A stretch of DNA of 53,646 bases, taken from positions 1 through 53,646 of the forward strand of contig ADNK01000748.1 in the NCBI GenBank assembly GCA_000320545.1, written 5' to 3'. Every line of letters begins with the position of its first letter. The first letter of the stretch is position 1. A model generated the notes under the pieces. That model did not search any database. It saw nothing but the letters and a program-made list of their open reading frames with translations, and was not told the DNA's origin. This stretch comes from Bigelowiella natans CCMP2755 (lineage: Eukaryota; Protista; Cercozoa). Position numbers and translations under genes: made by a program. Below are positions 31,632 to 44,519 of the stretch, one piece after another.

Positions 31632-32833
31632 CATCCAATAAGCAGTCAGGATCTTAAGATACACCACTACCATGAATACCAAAAACTACTAAGCCGTCTA
31701 CCTTCTTCAACTTTTCGCTCGCAGAAGAAAGAATGACAGCCTTCTGTTCTTCGAGCGTGCGCACCATCCCTGTCATCGTCCGTTCAGAGCCAAGTGAGAA
31801 AAGGCATGTAAAAGAGGAGAGAAGAGGGGAAGCAAAGACACAACGCTTGCTTTTCCTTAATTTCATTACATGCAAAAGGAATGGGCATTGAGCTTCGCGG
31901 TTGACACCTTTTCTCTGCTTTGCCCTTAGTCTTCGCTTAATGTCGTACCGATCACGCCTCAAGTCGCTCTGAGAAATTTGAAACAACGGAATGAACTGCT
32001 AAGACATGAAATCCAGCACCACAACAGCCTGTCAGCTGCATCAAAACGAATATTTTTTGTTGGAGAACACGCGAGGTGCGAACATAGAAATCAAGTCGGC
32101 TATTTACTTTTGAGAGTAATAAGAAATAGATCGGTAACTATGCAGTAGCATGAGATTCCTTCGACTTCTACCCTCTTCTGACGAGCCCTTTCGAGAAGTC
32201 TCTCCTTCTCGATTCTCTCCTTTTTCTGCGCCTCGTTAGATCTGAAGAGAGGGGCGGGGGGGAGAGGAAGGAATCAAAACTTCCAATAGATGGTACAGCT
32301 CCCTCTAAATGCACTATGCCTCTCCCTCCCATTGGTTCGTTTCGCCAAGCTCTACTTGTGTTTTGCTTCAAGTTGTTGCAAGCGCTGCGCTTCTCTTTCT
32401 GGATTTTTGAACGCGATCTGTTTGTTGAAGGAAGAGGAGAGGAAGGGAGGAGGAGGAGGAGGAGGAGGAGGAGGAGGAGGAGGAAGGACCAGAAAGGAGA
32501 CTAAGCAAAGGAGATGTGTATTATTCATGTATGATGAAGAAAACACCTTCCCCCCCCCCCCCTCCTCCTCACCCCTCTCACCCCTAGCCAACCACAACCA
32601 CAACCTGCGAGATGTCAACCGGAGCTGGTCGGTACTTGATATTGAGTTTCTTGAGATCTGGAAGTCTGCATGGGCACACGGCAGTGTCAAGTCATAAACG
32701 ATGATGGAGATGCAGAGGAAGATGTTGATGAGGAGGACATTGATGATAGTACAAGGACAACAAGTGAATCACAGTACAGTACGCTCAGGAGTAGATGTAG
32801 GATTGCATCGTCACATTCCATATTTACTCTATA

Positions 32834-32877
<44 letters not shown>

Positions 32878-33301
32878 GTATATATATCATCTTCTGCGTT
32901 GTGACCTCCCCACATTATGTACGACATAAAACCTGGGAAGAGCGAGAAGCCCAAGCATTTTCGCAGATCCTGCCCTAGATGTAGTGTTGTTTATTTTGTT
33001 TTTGTTGTGCTATTGCTGCTGCCGCTGATGACGATGATGATGCTGATGATGATGGCCTCGATGTAGTATAACCTTTTCTATGGTATTGTGATTAAAGCAG
33101 CAGCAAGTAGCACAAACGCCCCTTCCCTGATGCGAGGGGTTGCATATGCTAGTACGCTGTCATAATGTCTTTATCCATCATGATTCTAGGTGTAATATAG
33201 TACCAGTCGTGGTTTGCCATGGAGAATATGTACGACAGCTTGTGCTCCTGAGATGTATATATGTGCGATTAGAAAGTATTTTATTTATTCATTTATACAC
33301 G

Positions 33302-33332
<31 letters not shown>

Positions 33333-33788
33333 TGAGATATCTGATTCTTGCATGACATATCTGCATGCAACAATGGGTTTGTCACCGCGTAATTTCTCTC
33401 CTGTATAGATCACCTGATAGGCTCTCACATACGACACGAATGCTTCTTGCCCCTGTGTTCCAAACAATGCATTTGCCAAAAGGGGAGGTCAAACCATCGT
33501 TTCTCACGTATTCATCACCATCCAATCGTCGTCATTATCATTGACATCATCATCTTAAGCGTCGTTATCACCGTCATTCATTGCCTTCATCGATGCGGCC
33601 TCCTCATCCTCCCCCCCCCTCCCCCCCCATTCGGTCTCACCTTGATCATAATTGCCCTATCTTCAACAGCACAACGCTGGATCCGCTGAAGGTAACGTGC
33701 GTGTGTGTGTTGTGCTTTGCTAAACTACTTCTTGAGTGAAGTCACCATGTGCGGGAGAGGATTGGGACAAAAAGGTTCACAAATTCGG

Positions 33789-33825
<37 letters not shown>

Positions 33826-34447
33826 GCACAACACACACAAAATGTACGGAGGTACCCTGCAGGCTTCGTTTGCTGTGAGGCGATTAATGGCCTTTATTCT
33901 CGCCTTCTGTTTACGATGCTGATGCTCTCCTCCTCCTCCTCCTCCTCCTCCCGCAACGATGACTGACGTGTTGGAAGTGCAACCATTCTTATCGCCATCC
34001 TTTCTGTCACCTTCATCATCACCATCATCAGCTGATGATGGTGATGCTGCTGCCGGGGTTGCGAATGCTGTAGCTGGCACTCCTTGCAATGACAGATAAT
34101 CAATGAACCTGACAAATCAATATCAATACAAGGGCAAATGAGGGGTCTGGTTGTTGCCGATGACTGTGTTGTCGGTCAAGGGGGGGGGGAGGGGGGGTGG
34201 ATGGGAAGCGCAATTTGATCTACTGATATCAGGCTAGAAACGGCTGAGAATGACAGCGTCATCATCGTGGAGATGTTGGCACATTCATGCGTATTGGATC
34301 GTATTCATGTGAAAGCAGCATTCAAATGGAAGAAGGGTTGGGGGATGGGGAGGGGACAACGCTTAGAGTTTGCACACTTTCTCTCATCTTCTGAGAGGAG
34401 AATTATAGCCTTTCCTGACTCCTAAGATACATATTAAAAACACACAT

Positions 34448-34485
<38 letters not shown>

Positions 34486-34957
34486 CACCTATCACGATGG
34501 CACATAAAAATTATCATAATCCATTATTTCCATTTTCTTTATATCGGGAAGATGCGTGTTGATGAGTTTCTCTTGCTTACACACCCCCATTCTGGAGACT
34601 CTTCCCACGCGGTGCACGTACATAGCTGCAATCGGAAATATATTGAAGGAGACCGTCAGATCTTGATCGATGGCAACGATAATGATGACGATGATAATGA
34701 TGACGATGATAATGACAACGCGTGATTTCTCGAAATAAGAGAAAGATCGGTGCAGCTCGGGCGCCTATATTTATCGAAAGAAACAGTGCTGCTACTTTCC
34801 CATATTATTATTATTATTATTGTTACTATGACTATTAAGATAAACAACGACCTGGATCTTGAGGGGCCTGGAACTGTACGATCGTATCAGCATCCGGAAT
34901 ATCAACCTGTAAAGGGATGAGGAATGTGTGCGTACGTGTGCATGTACTTACGCGTGC

Positions 34958-34997
<40 letters not shown>

Positions 34998-35674
34998 TAG
35001 TACCCCTCTTGCGGCCACATCTGTGCAAAGCAAAACTCCTGTTCTACCCGTCAAGAATTCACGGTATCTGCATGATCATGTGCAAGCAAGTGTGCTGAAT
35101 GATGCCGTCATCTGTGTGTGGCGCTGCTTTGAGCAGATGACGGTAGTGTGCAAACGCACGCAACGTAAATTGGATGTTGTCAAATATGCAAGCATAACAG
35201 GATGATGATGCGGCAGAGGGATAGATGGGAAAGAAGAGGAGGATGCTATTATACCCTCGCATACGCTTTTCCGAGTTCATTTTGCTATGCAGCTTCCAAA
35301 CACGTCGTGATTGCTGCTGCTGCCCCCCTCCCTTGATGCCATTTCTGCGTTCTCCTGATTTGGCTGCTGGTGGGGGTGAATGGGGGTCTTGCTGGTTGTC
35401 TTCGGCTGCCCCAAGGCCCTCTTCGCTGGGAGACAGGAAGATATCAACCAGCATGGCCAGATAGTCAACCTGATGTGTGTGTGTGTGCATGTAATTTAAG
35501 GATAATATGATTCCTCCTTTTTAATACAGTCTCTCTACGGCTGCTTTGCGCAACTAGTGATGAAATTTGCTGCTGGCAAGCATTCTTGCTGTTAAGCGTT
35601 CAGCTATGTAGTCGTTTCGCTACCATTGCGCACGTTGAAGCGAAGACAATCACCTAGTTTCAGCAGCAAACATA

Positions 35675-35708
<34 letters not shown>

Positions 35709-36970
35709 GGGGGGGGGGGAGGAGGGAGACACAATCGAGATCAAGCTCAGCCTCAAGGAATAACCGTACATACACACGCATGCACCCATCATAATTCAAC
35801 AACAAAATAGATCTACACACGCGTATAATCACACGTTCTCAACGAGAAACAGACACAACGATCGACTATGCATGCTGACGTCAAAGGCTATATACGATGA
35901 AGAAGGAAAAATGATGACGTAAGGGGAAAGTCCCACCACCACCCATCACCAATGGAGGTGCTACCTTTGCCTCTTCCTTGGATAACTCTCTAGACAGAAA
36001 TTGAAGCAGCCACACGAGCATTTGGTCTGCTTTCTCCTAAAGAAAGATCGATCATCGCAGCGAATCGTAAAGAAAAGCAACCACAAAGGTGAAGGAAATA
36101 TACTGACTCAACGAATACGCAAACGCTGAATTAGCACCGACAACAGCCTTCTTTAGATGATGATACTCCGAACCCCTCTCCCCCCTCCCCCTCCCCTCCG
36201 CCACCTACCACTCGATAGAAGTTCTGAAGCGATACGGGAAGCCTCGTCGCAGCATGTCCCTCATCCTCCTCCTTTTCCTCTTCTTCCCGCCCCCCCTTCC
36301 TCTTATCCTCCCTACCACGAAGAGCCGCTATGGCATTACGCGGGGAGTGGTCGCGGGCAGATATACTCAGAAGAGACCTAGCAGCAAGCTTCTTTCTAAC
36401 AGCGCTAATTCCTAGTGATGACTTTCCTCTTAGCATCTCCTTCAGGCTGTTATTGCCTCTACCACTACCGTTTATGGCCGCTGCCTTCAGAGACTCCGCA
36501 GCAACACGCACAGGTAGCTGCAGCCCTGCCTTTTTCATGATCCATCCCTCATACGAGTCGGTGGCCGAGAAAAGACCCTACTCATCACGTCGCAGTTCAT
36601 AGTAGTAGTAGTAGTAGTTGTTGTTGTTGTAGTAGTAGTAGTAGTATTACTATTATTTTTTAAATCGTAGTATTTATTGTAGGTGTGGGAATCATCTCAC
36701 ACACTAGAAGCAGGGGTGGAGGATGCGTGGTTCTTGCCGAGAGCGGGTATTATTATTACTATTATTATTATCAATAGTAGTAGTAGTAGTAGTAGTAGCT
36801 GTAGTAGTAAAATTACTACCATCTGAAGGGAGGCAGTGTTGCGAGGAAACCTCCTAAGAATGGCTAACAACGTCGATTCGAATCCCTAAGAACAAGCAAG
36901 CGTCGAGAGAGAGAGGGGGGGGCGGGGGGTTGGACTTTTGAGGTGCAGAATGGAATCATTGGATAAGACG

Positions 36971-37010
<40 letters not shown>

Positions 37011-37012
37011 GT

Positions 37013-37057
<45 letters not shown>

Positions 37058-39420
37058 GCTATTGCTGGGTGCTGCTGCAACCATGCCTAGAAGCCTATCC
37101 GCCTCGTCTAATACCAGCATATCAAGCCCTAATATAATGATGATCATGATGATGATGATGATGATGATGATCATACGGATTATTAAACGTATATTATTCA
37201 CACTGATGATAGACATCATCTGAAAAATGTTATGGATCTTTATGTCGGGAGATGGAAGGTAAGAGGGAGGAGGGGGGGGAAGTTAAGTCGTGAATTAATA
37301 TGAAGGAACTTAGTAAATATGAAGGAGACATTTTCTATGACAGCTAACCGATGTCTGGAGAATATCACTCTTGGCAATCGCAGAGAGAACTCCTAACACA
37401 CGGCCTAGATGCAAATATCATCATAATCATCATCATCATCATCTTAGTCTTCTTCTTCGGCATGATTGCTTCTACTCGCTCACTACTACTCACCAGGGGT
37501 CCCCACCGCTAGATTCGCACCTCCACCAGTTACTTTTCTGTCATCGTTGCGGAGAAGAGAAAGAGGTAACGATAAGGACGACGAAGGGGAGGAGGAGGAG
37601 GATGGTTTCACTGCATCATCCTCTCTTAAATCCTGTATCAGCTCCTGATAAAGCAGAAGGGGCACATACAATATTGTAGAGATTTAAGAATCAGCTGCTT
37701 GATCATCGCTGAATCATACAGCAGAGAGCGGAAAGAACGGCTGAAAGGCGAGAGAGGAGGAAAGAAGGGGGAGAACACATCGAGTTCCCGCCTGAGAGTG
37801 GTAGATATGCTTCGAATGACCACCATCATTGTAGAATACGACATCGCAGCATAACACGGTATCATCCGCTCCTCTCGCCCATACAGACGACGAGAACAGC
37901 AGTAGTTGCAATGACCTGTACTGTGCGGTGGCCTTCCCAAACCACAGCTCTTGTCGCCATGCCTTCGGAAACTGAAGTACTGCCATCTCGAAACTCTGAT
38001 TTGTTTGTGGAACGGCGCAGAAGAACAACACAGCAAATCATGTAATCGCTGATGAGAGTGATAGTGGTGGGGTGGTCGCGACACCGAGGAAGATGCTGCC
38101 AGGACGAGGCATGATAATGAGGAGGGAGGAGGGGGGAGGATTCTCAAACAACTTAATACATAACGCGGAAAGACGCTACAATAAGGCCAAATTAAACATT
38201 TTATCGTAGCATATCGTATCGATGTGCGGGTGGGGCGACAAAGACGAATAGGAATAATGGCGGGCTGGTCTCAAGCGCCACCCAAACAAGTTCTCCAACT
38301 TTCTTTCACGAGGTCGGTTATATTAGATTCTTCCTATCAGACGACGGCGCATGACTGAAACGCATCCGAGAGCGGACGCGCTGCTGTGGTTGCCATTTTC
38401 GTCAATGAAGCACCACCTTGATAGTCGTCCTCTCTTGTAAGCATGCTGCTTATCTCCCTTGAGGGTGCTGCTAATCCCGTTCTCAGCGTCCTGCATGCCT
38501 GTAGGAAGTAGTCGCCATCGTAGTTGTTGGTGTTTTTTATTAGTAGGGTTGTTTGTACGTGCGGCAGCATGTCTATATTATACTCCTTATCATCATCATA
38601 ATCATCGTCATTATCATCACTATCCTTATCAACACTGATGTGTCTTGAAGCTTATGCTCTGCATTATCATCTATATATGTTCTGCAATCTCTTCAGTGTG
38701 CCCGACGACGATGACAAGAACACCCAACCGAGAATATCTGCATTGCGAGCTCCCGGGTGGGGCATACGACCTATCATATCATTTGATGATGGGGGCGAAG
38801 GAAGTGTCAGATGCCTGTGATTTTGATAGCAATATGTGGTATAGGCAATGGTGATGTTGAAAGCAGGGGCGCATACTCTATGATGAGTGAATATTGACAT
38901 CTTCTTGTGGTTCTTTACCAATGAGCTTAGATCTCTCGCCGCTAGTGGCCCCCCTGCTCATATCGTCATAGTATCAACACAGTCACCGAATTACCGCGCC
39001 ATCTCCACGATAGCGTGAGCACATGATTTGCTGTTGTGGTTCGCGTTGTTGTTTTGGTGTTTGAGGAAGAGGTGGACACGACTTACTGCTGCTCAGATGC
39101 CTTCGAATCATCAGCTGATAACTGCAATAATAGGTTCAACATACAGCGGCGTCATCTCTCAAAATATCCGCATACCACGCAATAGAGAATAGGGAATGCC
39201 TCTCCCTTTTCCTTCATGTATCAGCTGATTTCGATTATATCTAGTTGAAACGATGCGAGTCATCATCATCATCATTGCCATTGTGATGACGTCATCATTG
39301 TTGTAGTTGTTATCATCATCGCCCGTATGTGTGCATTTGCCTTCTTCTTACCATGGCACTAGATACGCTAAAGTCTTGCCTGAGCCTGCACACAACGTAT
39401 ATACTAGATGTATATCTTGA

Positions 39421-39457
<37 letters not shown>

Positions 39458-39489
39458 AACTTCAAGCCAGTTCTCCAAGATGTCATAAG

Positions 39490-39524
<35 letters not shown>

Positions 39525-41011
39525 CTTGCTACCTGTTGTTGCTCTAACGACGACGTCCCTCCCCTTCAAAAGTAGCGGTATGGCACCAGCTTGGATCTTC
39601 GGTGTAGTGTGTAGTAGCAACGACAACAGTATGTAGCAGCAAGTTGGTGGTGAGAAGAAGAAGAAGAAGAAGAAGAAGAAGAAGAAGAAGAAGAGGTTGG
39701 CTCTATAGTTCTGCACAGATGTTTATTATTGAGGAGGTAGTGGTTGTTGTTGTTATTGTTGTTATTGTTCATCTACGAACAGGCGTCATTCTTTGCACTC
39801 CTCCAAGTATCAACCCGTGCAAGATATGAGGCGACAGATAAGGCTTGCACTGAGAACAAACACGCACAGCAGCCGATAACGCCGCAGGAGCAGCAACATT
39901 CTCACATCTAGCTTTATGGATGAGAAAACGTCCGCCAGGGTAATGAGGTAAAGAAACTTAACGATTGCTCCCGGTATCATGTGCACAGTTTTGACTATAG
40001 AAATGCAGAGAGAACGACAACACTGCTCTCATCGCTCTTCCGACCTTTGTCCAAAATACGGTTCCTTGATCGAAAACATCTCTGATGGAAATTCAATAGG
40101 TGCAGGATGAGGAGGCTATTCAGTATTCTTGATGATACAACGAGGAAGATACATTTCTGCAGGTGAGAATAAACCTCGGTGCATATAATAATATGCTGCG
40201 CGGATTAACGTCATCCCCATCCACCATTATATTCTATATCGTTCTCATTGTTATCCGTATCGTATTTGTTATTGTAATTGTTGCCTTAAAACCTTGGGTG
40301 AAGCACAAGAGGCTCCTTTTCTTCTAGGTCCAATCTATCCGCGAGCCTGATGTCTCGACCTGATTATTAAAATATGGGGTCGGGAACTATTGTACACTTT
40401 CGTACCTATGGCCACCAAGTTTTTAACGTTTACTAATCTGCAATGATGAATCAATACCTCTCCGTTTTTTGGCTCTTTCTGCGGCTAGGAGTAAGGCCTT
40501 CAGGCTCATTTCCATCTGTGTGGTGGGAGAAAGAGCGAAGTCAATTTGTGTTTGAAGGTTTGCAGCATCATGCACACCTCTTGCTTTCTTTTGTTTCTTT
40601 GCTTTCTCAATCGGCGCTTCATACTTCGACTGACCTGCGAAGGATAATAAGACAGGCGAATATAACCACAATTGTATCACGATTCTCAAGGGCGGAGTAG
40701 GACATCAGAGGGCATTCCCTTTCAATTAGAACACGTCGCAAAATAGAGCGCTTACGTTTTTCTGAATCGATGGAAGGTCCAAAATCCCATTCACCTTTAT
40801 ATATTAGTAAACTAATCGGCAAAGGATGAAGTGCCCCAACAACATCGGACGAATCGATCTGCTGCTAAAACACCTTATTGGGGTGGCTATGGACACCACC
40901 ATTCGAGCTAAAATGTTGGTTATGAACTCCCTGTGAACGGAGGGGGTGAGATGTCGATGTCGTCGGGGTGAGCAGAGTGATCATCACCACCGCAACGAGC
41001 ACCAGCTCCAT
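31253..41011 (-). CDS. DDX55: Multi-exon DEAD-box RNA helicase, DDX55/Spb4 family, with a long N-terminal extension starting in a signal-peptide-like leader; linkage of the 5'-most and 3'-most exons is inferred
   Basis: GVQRMTPV..IQAGAIPLLLKGRDVVVRATTG|SGKTLAYLVP, CPTRELAMQIF, LAVGTPG, LVLDEADRLL, GLFSAT..KAGLQLPVRV, GVLLCTDVAARG|VDIPDADTIVQFQAPQDP, YVHRVGR, plus the Spb4-typical C-terminal motifs EAFVSYVRAY, MLGLLALP and IAFKNPEREAQR. Confidence 0.85.
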
Positions 41012-41633
41012 GCGGGACCCTCCCCCCGCTCCTTCCCACTGCTCGGTCGTCAGAACGAGCAGTTAAAGGAGCTCCTATTTTTTTAAAAAAAGAAGGTGAC
41101 TACTTCACTGCGACAACCGATCATTCCCCGGAAATCCCCGGCGTTTTTGGCGGTTTGCTTCACCAATTCGAGCACGTCCCTTCACGCATTTGCAGTAGAG
41201 AGACATCGACGATCCTGAAATTTCCACAAATTTCCCATGGAAGACATTGTCAAAGCCGTCAATGACGGGAGCAAAAAGACAAAAAGAAGGAAATGGAAGG
41301 CCTTCCGGCCGATTCGATGCCACGGAGTCCGCTCCCGACAGCTCCTAGTCAACGTGCGGCCTTAGGGAGTGAACGTGCCACCAGTTTTAATCCTAACCTC
41401 CACGTGGATGCAAAAGAAAATGTAGTGAAAAGAAAGAAAAATCTTTGGGAAAGGGGCTAGGTGCCAAAGGGACAACAATCGTCGAAGGATGCAAACTGGC
41501 ATGATGATGGAATACCTGTGTTCAATCTGTTGATATTTTCCTTACCCGCTGTTTTGAACAGGGTTATTTAGTTCGAACGAATACTCACTACTTTAGTGGA
41601 CTTTTGTGGCGTCTCAAAAAATTCATCCGCTGG

Positions 41634-43895
41634 ATGCACTTTTCGTCTTCTTCACGCCGAAGCAAAGCAAGTAAAAGGCCACGTGAGGACGAACATGAGG
41701 AGCGGCCTGAGGCTACAAGGCGTCGATTCGAGGAATCTGGAATAAATGGTAGTAAGAACGAGTATGGAAAAAATTATCATTTTTCATCGATTTTGAAAAC
41801 TGTCATGCCTTCTTGGGCTACATTCCTCCTGATGCATGTCTTTTCGCGTTGTGATTCATTTTTTGGCTTCCCAGAACTGAGGACAAATCGAAGAAATCAA
41901 CAATGGAAAAATAAGCCAATCCGCATGAGTTCATCGTCTCTTGCTAGACGCGTTAGGTTATTATTACCAGACTCGAAGGGGCCCACGAAATACTCTTGCG
42001 CCATATCTGAAATATGGAAGGTCTTTGGACAAGATTTGTTTCTGAATGAAAGCTTCTTAACGTTCTCCGATAAGGCTCCAAACATTGACTTTAAGCAGCT
42101 CGATGATTTCTATAGTATTGTCGAGAATGATGACGTGCTTCTCAGTTCAATTTTCGCAATGGCCATGGCAACGTTCGCAACATCAGAGGGGGTTAAGGGA
42201 GATACTGACCTGAGAAAATTCTTGATACTCCTCGAATATCCCTTCAAGCCTGATATCAGGTTTCTTTTCAAGCCATTTGCACAGGCCTTCGTAGAGCTTT
42301 CACAGTGCCACAAGAATACGCTTACAAAATGGATCTCAAAATATGAGCCGTGGAGATTAAAGCGACTGATTGACCGAATAAACATGATGATTGATGCATT
42401 ATGTCCTAAAGAGGAGATTCAATCAGGTGGGTCAAGTAGGAGTTTGCGCGACGTTGTCGAGCTTATGCATTTAATTTTCAATGCAGTAACATCTCCCTAT
42501 CGTGTTGGTCTGTTTCCCCAAAATAGTAATGGTGAAACACAAATTGATGCTGATGAGAAGATAGTCCAGGGAAATGACAGTACAACACCAAATACTCCGT
42601 TGGAAATATTCTATTCTCGCGGGGAACCACCGGTTACGGAGAATGTTTTTTTTAACAAGCATTTGAGTAATGTCTTGAGGGTGCCGAATGAAATGGAAAA
42701 TAACGACCTTGAAGACTTCTGTTTTTTTAGATTCCAGTGGGTATGGAATACAATGGGGAAAATTAGAATCCTTCGTGATTTTGCATCAGGAAATCTTCCT
42801 TTCGAGCTGCGACTGCCACTCTCGCTCAAAGTCCACCGCGAAAATCTGATAGAAGATGCATTTAATTCGCTCGAAACAGCGAGAATTCAACAGGAGGATG
42901 AGCAAAGCAGTGTTTATCTTACACGACCGTTGAAGATAGCATTCGAGGGAGAGCATGGACTAGATGAAGGAGGTCCAAAAGTCGAATTCTTCCGATTAAT
43001 GACCGAGAAACTCTTCAGCGCAGGCCATGGATTGTTCAAAATGAACGCTATTTCAGGGACCTGCTGGTTTTCTCGAAATGAGATGAGACGAAGGATTGAT
43101 GACTACCGTGATTACGAACAAGTAGGTATTGTCTTAGGCCTTGCACTAAAGAATTCAATGCACTTGGATTTGCGTCTTCCTCTATACTTCTACCAAAAGC
43201 TACTGGGCTACCATACCACACAGAAAGACATAGATGAGGTTATTCCTGAGTTTTCTGCATCTTTCCAAAATCTCCTCTGTGATAGTCGGGAAAACATTGA
43301 CTCTTTATCGCTCACCTTTTCCGTCGATAAGGATTATGTGGACGGTAAAAATGATGTTGAGCTGAAGATGGGTGGAATGAAAACACTTGTTTCCAAGGAC
43401 AACATTCAGGAATATGTGCAGCTCTTCACCAAATTTCTACTTGATGATTCTATAGAAAAGCAGTTTGTCGCCTTGACGCGAGGTTTTGTCCGGGTGATGG
43501 GCCTCGACATCGACCTTCTTAAAATGTTCCAACCCCACGAACTCAAATTAGCATTTTGTGGTCGGGATGATTTAGACTTCAACGCTCTTGAGAAGGCAGC
43601 TAAGTACAGCGGCTATTCACCTGAGTCAGCTACTGTTAAAAACTTATGGAAAGTTTTAAAAAGTCTTTCAACAGCGAAGAAAAAGCTCTTTCTCAAGTTC
43701 TGTACTGGAACTGATCGTGCTCCAATCGAGGGACTCAGTTGCGTAACACTTACAATAAGCAAACAAGGAGGAACCTTCCCTCGAGCGCATACGTGCCATA
43801 ACCAGCTCATGCTTCCGGATTACAAATCTGAACAGAATCTGAAAGCTAAATTGCTGATTGCCATAGAATATTGCGAAGGATTTGGGACACTTTAA
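41634..43895 (+). CDS. HECT-domain E3 ubiquitin ligase (UBE3A/HERC-like), essentially one open reading frame
   Basis: LKVHRENLIEDA, LKIAFEGEHGLDEGGPKVEFF, GIVLGLAL, FLKFCTGTDRAP, catalytic FPRAHTCHNQLMLPDY and C-terminal AIEYCEGFGTL*; first ATG at 41634. Confidence 0.95.
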   Translation: MHFSSSSRRSKASKRPREDEHEERPEATRRRFEESGINGSKNEYGKNYHFSSILKTVMPSWATFLLMHVFSRCDSFFGFPELRTNRRNQQWKNKPIRMSSSSLARRVRLLLPDSKGPTKYSCAISEIWKVFGQDLFLNESFLTFSDKAPNIDFKQLDDFYSIVENDDVLLSSIFAMAMATFATSEGVKGDTDLRKFLILLEYPFKPDIRFLFKPFAQAFVELSQCHKNTLTKWISKYEPWRLKRLIDRINMMIDALCPKEEIQSGGSSRSLRDVVELMHLIFNAVTSPYRVGLFPQNSNGETQIDADEKIVQGNDSTTPNTPLEIFYSRGEPPVTENVFFNKHLSNVLRVPNEMENNDLEDFCFFRFQWVWNTMGKIRILRDFASGNLPFELRLPLSLKVHRENLIEDAFNSLETARIQQEDEQSSVYLTRPLKIAFEGEHGLDEGGPKVEFFRLMTEKLFSAGHGLFKMNAISGTCWFSRNEMRRRIDDYRDYEQVGIVLGLALKNSMHLDLRLPLYFYQKLLGYHTTQKDIDEVIPEFSASFQNLLCDSRENIDSLSLTFSVDKDYVDGKNDVELKMGGMKTLVSKDNIQEYVQLFTKFLLDDSIEKQFVALTRGFVRVMGLDIDLLKMFQPHELKLAFCGRDDLDFNALEKAAKYSGYSPESATVKNLWKVLKSLSTAKKKLFLKFCTGTDRAPIEGLSCVTLTISKQGGTFPRAHTCHNQLMLPDYKSEQNLKAKLLIAIEYCEGFGTL

Positions 43896-44519
43896 ACATA
43901 TTATACACGAATAGATTTTTATGCGATGTGAGAGCAATGATGTAGCATCTAGACCAAAGTATGTTATGTACAATCCTTAGATTCAGCTATGAGAGCGCGT
44001 GCCCATCCGTATTTTGGCAATAGCTGCCGTAGCGTTGCGGTGGATTAGGCAGATAACGTAATTCATCAAGAAATGCGATCGCTATGCAAGCATAACACCG
44101 CCTTAGTTGTTCACATGCAATGGAAATCATTAGAAATGCTCGCCAGCTATCTAGCTATGTCATTGTTAGCATTTTGCACATCACACTACTAGACCAGAGG
44201 AATTTTTCTATCAGCCCTACCCGTACATATACAAAGCTTAGCAAGCCATGAAGTGCTCACCACTCTAGCAGTTGTGTAATTCTGGAAATGTAGCTAAAGC
44301 TTGCATATTGTCTGATGAGGTGATGTGTGTATGTGTGTGTACGCCTAGACGTGTAGATCGACGTGCACGCAGGCCGTACCGATCGCTATTATGATTAGCA
44401 TATAGGCATGCATGTGCCAATGTTTCAACTAATAAGGCTGCTTGTTCTGATAAATTCCTAGAATAATAATAATGTAGGGCCCATTCGGCTTTAAAAACTA
44501 GAATATTAATTTGGAGAGC

